Below are positions 60,729 through 64,000 of a stretch of DNA of 64,000 nt, piece after piece. The first letter of the stretch is position 1, and every line of letters starts with the position of its first letter. Source of the DNA: an uncultured Candidatus Competibacteraceae bacterium. Its GTDB lineage: Bacteria > Bacteroidota > Bacteroidia > CAIKAF01. Made by a program: the position numbers and the translations under genes. The notes beneath the pieces are model-generated. The model worked only from the letters and a program-made list of their open reading frames with translations. It made no database searches and had not been told where the DNA came from. Where the stretch lies: assembly GCA_964578885.1 (NCBI GenBank), contig CAZOEO010000019.1, positions 245 through 64,244 on the forward strand, read 5' to 3'.

Positions 60729-61805
60729 TCAATCGTAATATTCTAACCGAACAATGGGCGTAGTGGGATGTGCCTGGCAGGTCAGAATATAACCTTGAGC
60801 CACTTCTTCTTTGGATAAAATATTGTTTTCGTCCATAGAGGCTGCACCTTCCAATACACGCGCCATGCAGGTGGAGCAAATACCCGCCTCACAAGAAAAA
60901 GGAGGATCAATGCCTGCCTTTACTCCAGCCTGAAGAATGGTGGTTTTATCCTCGATGAGCAGTTCGTATTCTTTTCCGTAAAGGGTCACAAAAACTTTGC
61001 TGCCTTTTGCCGGAAGCTGAACGGATTCTTTTTCAGGAACTTTTGCGGAAGCCACAGGTACAGAAAAATATTCAATTGTAATTTTATCTGCAGCTACCCC
61101 CAACAGACCCAGCCCTTGCACCACACCTTCCATCATGGGCGCGGGACCACAAAGGAAAATTTTGGCCTCATGCAAATTCTCCTGAATGGTTTCTGTAAAG
61201 ATGTTTTTCACCGTACCCGCATCTAAACGACCCAAGCCACCAGACCATGTCATGCCTTTCGTATCGTCTACCCAATAATGCGCTTTCAAACGATTTACAT
61301 ATTGTTGCTGAAGGGCATCCAGCTGACTTTTGAAAATAATAGATTCAGGATCACGGTTCGCATACACCAAGGTAACCCGGCTTTGAGGTTCAGCTTTCAG
61401 CACCGTTCTGAGAATAGACATCATGGGCGTAATGCCGGACCCCCCGGCAATGAGCAAATAATGTTGCGATTTCTGCGCATCCAGTGAAGGTACGAAACGC
61501 CCTTCCGGCACCATAACATCGATGGACAAACCAATCTGAAGACGTTCATTGAGCCAGGTAGACATTTTCCCTCCGTCTACTTTTTTCACGGCCACCGTGA
61601 GAACCTCATCTTCTAAAGGAGATGAACAAAGAGAATAAGCGCGTCTTACCTCTTCCCCATCTATTTGCATACGAAGGGTTAAGTATTGACCCGCCTGGTA
61701 AGCGTAGTCCATTTTCAGGTGATCCGGAACACCAAAAGAGATGGATATGGCATCCGGGGTTTCCTGTTTTTTATTGACAACGGGTAAAGAATGGAATTTT
61801 GCCAT
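60729..61805 (-). CDS. Ferredoxin--NAD(P)H reductase-type oxidoreductase (PaaE/PaaK-like: FAD-binding, NAD-binding, C-terminal 2Fe-2S ferredoxin).
   Basis: RAYSLCSSP (RxYS FAD motif), LIAGGSGITPMMS, C-terminal CEAGICSTCMARV. Confidence 0.8.
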   Translation of the reverse strand: MAKFHSLPVVNKKQETPDAISISFGVPDHLKMDYAYQAGQYLTLRMQIDGEEVRRAYSLCSSPLEDEVLTVAVKKVDGGKMSTWLNERLQIGLSIDVMVPEGRFVPSLDAQKSQHYLLIAGGSGITPMMSILRTVLKAEPQSRVTLVYANRDPESIIFKSQLDALQQQYVNRLKAHYWVDDTKGMTWSGGLGRLDAGTVKNIFTETIQENLHEAKIFLCGPAPMMEGVVQGLGLLGVAADKITIEYFSVPVASAKVPEKESVQLPAKGSKVFVTLYGKEYELLIEDKTTILQAGVKAGIDPPFSCEAGICSTCMARVLEGAASMDENNILSKEEVAQGYILTCQAHPTTPIVRLEYYD

Positions 61806-61846
61806 GAATTAGTCCTTATTTTCGTGTACGAAGGTAATAAAAGCAA

Positions 61847-62539
61847 ATGAGTCGTATCGAAAGAATTCTGGTGGCAGGAGCCACGGGACTTACAGGGAGA
61901 TCTGTCATCCAACAATGCCTTACACATTTTCCCGAAATTGAGATTAAAGCATTGGTCAGAAACAAAGTCCAAGATTTTCCTTCTTCCATAAAACAGATTG
62001 TAACAGATTACCATCATCTGGAAGATATTCAGGAAGCCATGGAGGCAGATGCGGTATTTTGTTGCCTGGGTACTACTCGAAAAAAAGCGGGAAGTGTGGA
62101 AGCCTTCCGTATGGTAGATGTGCAATTTCCCATCGCTTTGGCCAAAAGGACACGCTTCTTCGCAGATCGGTTCATGTTAATTTCCTCGACTGGTGCCGGG
62201 AAAGCCTTTCCAAACACCTATTTAAACGCCAAAAGAGACGTAGAAAGAGGCATTATGGCGCTGGGCTTTCCATGTACCCATATTTTCAGACCCGGAATTT
62301 TAGCCGGACCACGCCAAGAAAAACGCCCCGCAGAGCAATGGGCCCTTCGCATGATGCAGTCCATTTCCTGGCTTTTACCAGCTGCTTACAAACCCATGCC
62401 GTCCGACACACTGGCCCTGGCCATGCTGCGTGCTGCGCAACTGGAAGAAAAAGGCATCTTCATTTATGAAAATGAAGACATTCCAGCCATCGCGCAGGGA
62501 GCAAAAGTCAAAAAAAACACCCTCGGACTAGGTATTTAA
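61847..62539 (+). CDS. NAD(P)H-binding atypical SDR (NmrA/HTATIP2-like).
   Basis: ILVAGATGLTGRSV Rossmann motif. Confidence 0.7.
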   Translation: MSRIERILVAGATGLTGRSVIQQCLTHFPEIEIKALVRNKVQDFPSSIKQIVTDYHHLEDIQEAMEADAVFCCLGTTRKKAGSVEAFRMVDVQFPIALAKRTRFFADRFMLISSTGAGKAFPNTYLNAKRDVERGIMALGFPCTHIFRPGILAGPRQEKRPAEQWALRMMQSISWLLPAAYKPMPSDTLALAMLRAAQLEEKGIFIYENEDIPAIAQGAKVKKNTLGLGI

Positions 62540-62585
62540 ACCAAGTAGTGAAGGGTTTGGCTTTAAAATTGTAAGCGCTTCGGTC

Positions 62586-63185
62586 ATGAAAACCAGGTTG
62601 ATCCAATGCTATGTTCTGATTTTGTGGTGTGGATGGACGGCAGCCGGGTTACCGGCACAGCACGTACGGCTGGCACCAATGGCGGAAATCTTCGAAATGG
62701 GAGGCGCCAGAGGAATGGGCTTTGGACTGAGGGTGGAGGTTTTTGTAAGTCACGCTATAAGTTTGGATTACCAGTATTTATTCGGACAAAATACCCAAGG
62801 AAATTTTTACACGCATTATCCGGGCACCATGGCTGGAGCACTCATGCTTTCTACCCAATATTACGCCAATCCATGGAGTGTAAGCCAGTGGTCTTACCAA
62901 GGAACGGACGGACTACTTGCCCTGGCGTTACTTGTACCGGAAGGCATTAGTCTGCATTTGTATCCACATGACAAAATAGAACTTGCACCCTTTATTGCCC
63001 CATTAGGCGCGGGGTTCAATGTGAGAAATAACAATCGCTCTTCCCTTTGTGCCACACTGGGACTGCGGGCGCATTATAAACCTGTGGAGTTTCTTTCCAT
63101 CTCGCCCCACCTTGGCATGCGTGCTTTGTATAGCACAGGTGATGTAGGACTGGTTTATGGATTAGGTATAGGGTTTTCATTTTAA
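62586..63185 (+). CDS. Hypothetical small outer-membrane beta-barrel-like protein (199 aa).
   Basis: Signal peptide; alternating hydrophobic pattern; C-terminal GIGFSF. Confidence 0.4.
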   Translation: MKTRLIQCYVLILWCGWTAAGLPAQHVRLAPMAEIFEMGGARGMGFGLRVEVFVSHAISLDYQYLFGQNTQGNFYTHYPGTMAGALMLSTQYYANPWSVSQWSYQGTDGLLALALLVPEGISLHLYPHDKIELAPFIAPLGAGFNVRNNNRSSLCATLGLRAHYKPVEFLSISPHLGMRALYSTGDVGLVYGLGIGFSF

Positions 63186-63217
63186 AAGCCATACCTTCGC
63201 TGGAGAAAGAGCAACGA

Positions 63218-64000
63218 ATGCGCATCTGGTTTTCTCTCCTTTGGCTTTTCTCCCTTGTTCCCTTCGGAGGAAAATTATCGGCTCAACCCTTGAGTCCTGT
63301 TCAAGTAACCGGTTATATTGTTGCGGCAGATTCTGTTCGCCCCATTCCCTATGCCACGGTCATGAATCTTTCTAACAGAAGGGGCGCTTATTCCGGTTAC
63401 GATGGGTATTATACTATTGTGATGGACAGAAAAGATACGCTTGAATTTAGGGTACTGGGCTTTGAAAGTCAAAAATTCTTTTTACCCGAAGGACTTTCTA
63501 CCTCCTATTTTACTTTGAATGTGCTTATGCGGCCCACCCGTTACACTTTGGAAGAAGTACGCTTCGATCCGTTTGCCTACGAACGGGTTTTGCAGTCTAT
63601 GCGGTCGCTTCCTTTACCTGAACACGAAACCCGTGTAACCGATCCAGCCATCGGGAAATCTTATTCTGCCCCAAGGATGGGGGCCGGCTTGGTGTTTAGC
63701 GGGCCATTTACCTCGCTGTACAATAAGTTTTCGCGCCGAGCTAGGGAAATGCAGAAATTGGAAGAGCTGTTGGCGGAAAGAAACCCAAGTGTAGAAGCCA
63801 GCAGAAAACTCACCCCTGAACTCATTCAACAAGTAACGGGCTTACAATACGAAGACATTCAGGATTTTGTAAAATACTGTCAATTGGGAACAGATTTTAT
63901 TTATCAAGCTTCCCTGTACGATTTAATGGTAGCCATAGACCGGTGTCACAAACAATTCGTTTTGGCTTATCCTGAACTAAAGCCTGCTGCGCCCAAAGAT
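63218..64000 (+). CDS. Carboxypeptidase-regulatory-like (CarbopepD_reg) domain protein, 3'-partial (open at the window end).
   Basis: Hand-translated open frame: signal peptide MRIWFSLLWLFSLVPFGGKLSAQ, then VTGYIVAADSVRPIPYATVMNLSNRRGAYSGYDGYYTI. Confidence 0.5.
   Translation, partial: MRIWFSLLWLFSLVPFGGKLSAQPLSPVQVTGYIVAADSVRPIPYATVMNLSNRRGAYSGYDGYYTIVMDRKDTLEFRVLGFESQKFFLPEGLSTSYFTLNVLMRPTRYTLEEVRFDPFAYERVLQSMRSLPLPEHETRVTDPAIGKSYSAPRMGAGLVFSGPFTSLYNKFSRRAREMQKLEELLAERNPSVEASRKLTPELIQQVTGLQYEDIQDFVKYCQLGTDFIYQASLYDLMVAIDRCHKQFVLAYPELKPAAPKD

Noticed and set aside
1-64000. Scan for CRISPR arrays, tRNA or rRNA genes.
   Set aside because: No regularly spaced direct repeats and no GTTCGA-type T-loop/acceptor patterns were seen in the gene-free gaps (3071-3827, 7794-8279, 9474-9924, 33897-34330). 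None found by eye; a tRNAscan/Infernal run would be definitive.

Overview
The window reads as a Bacteroidota-type chromosome segment in three parts. (i) 1-9.5 kb is an accessory mosaic. It holds the 3' end of an Rhs/YD-repeat polymorphic toxin with an unrecognised ~270-aa C-terminal tip and a small downstream immunity-like ORF. It also holds a junkyard of IS fragments: an IS91-family Y2 transposase C-terminal remnant, an IS66 TnpB remnant, and an intact IS66 TnpC with a 4x21-bp in-frame tandem repeat. Other features here are an 81-bp direct repeat, a 37-bp perfect palindrome at the tnpC stop codon, an inverted 186-bp partial copy of the tnpC 3' end, a duplicated 155-bp internal rhs fragment with two small orphan ORFs, and an orphan lipoprotein gene. 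(ii) 9.9-28.0 kb is the minus-strand ribosomal superoperon: rpsL-rpsG-fusA | rpsJ...rpmC | rpsQ...rplQ, with no tuf. Terminator hairpins and a conserved ~75-bp promoter-plus-inverted-repeat element in three copies divide it into these three units. (iii) 28-64 kb is housekeeping and envelope genes. These are an SDR, TrmB, an MGMT-like DNA-binding protein, Mrp/ApbC, a fused 2-oxoacid dehydrogenase E1, cyclophilin, enoyl-CoA hydratase, ProRS, DUF2141, acyl-CoA synthetase, an M1 aminopeptidase, Nif3 with a zinc-ribbon protein, two GT4 paralogs plus a GT2, DUF4476, SppA, NadE, an EamA transporter, a PaaE-like reductase and an NmrA-like protein. Interspersed are candidates worth a second look: a lipoprotein with an aromatic-rich core and a long Pro/Ser/Arg/Thr-rich disordered tail, translationally coupled to a FadL-like outer-membrane barrel; a frameshifted secreted PKD-plus-glycine-rich protein; and a divergent pair of a Cys-rich secreted mini-protein and an HMA-like periplasmic protein. 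No tRNA, rRNA or CRISPR array was found. All calls rest on reading the sequence and remembered family signatures; no database search was run.
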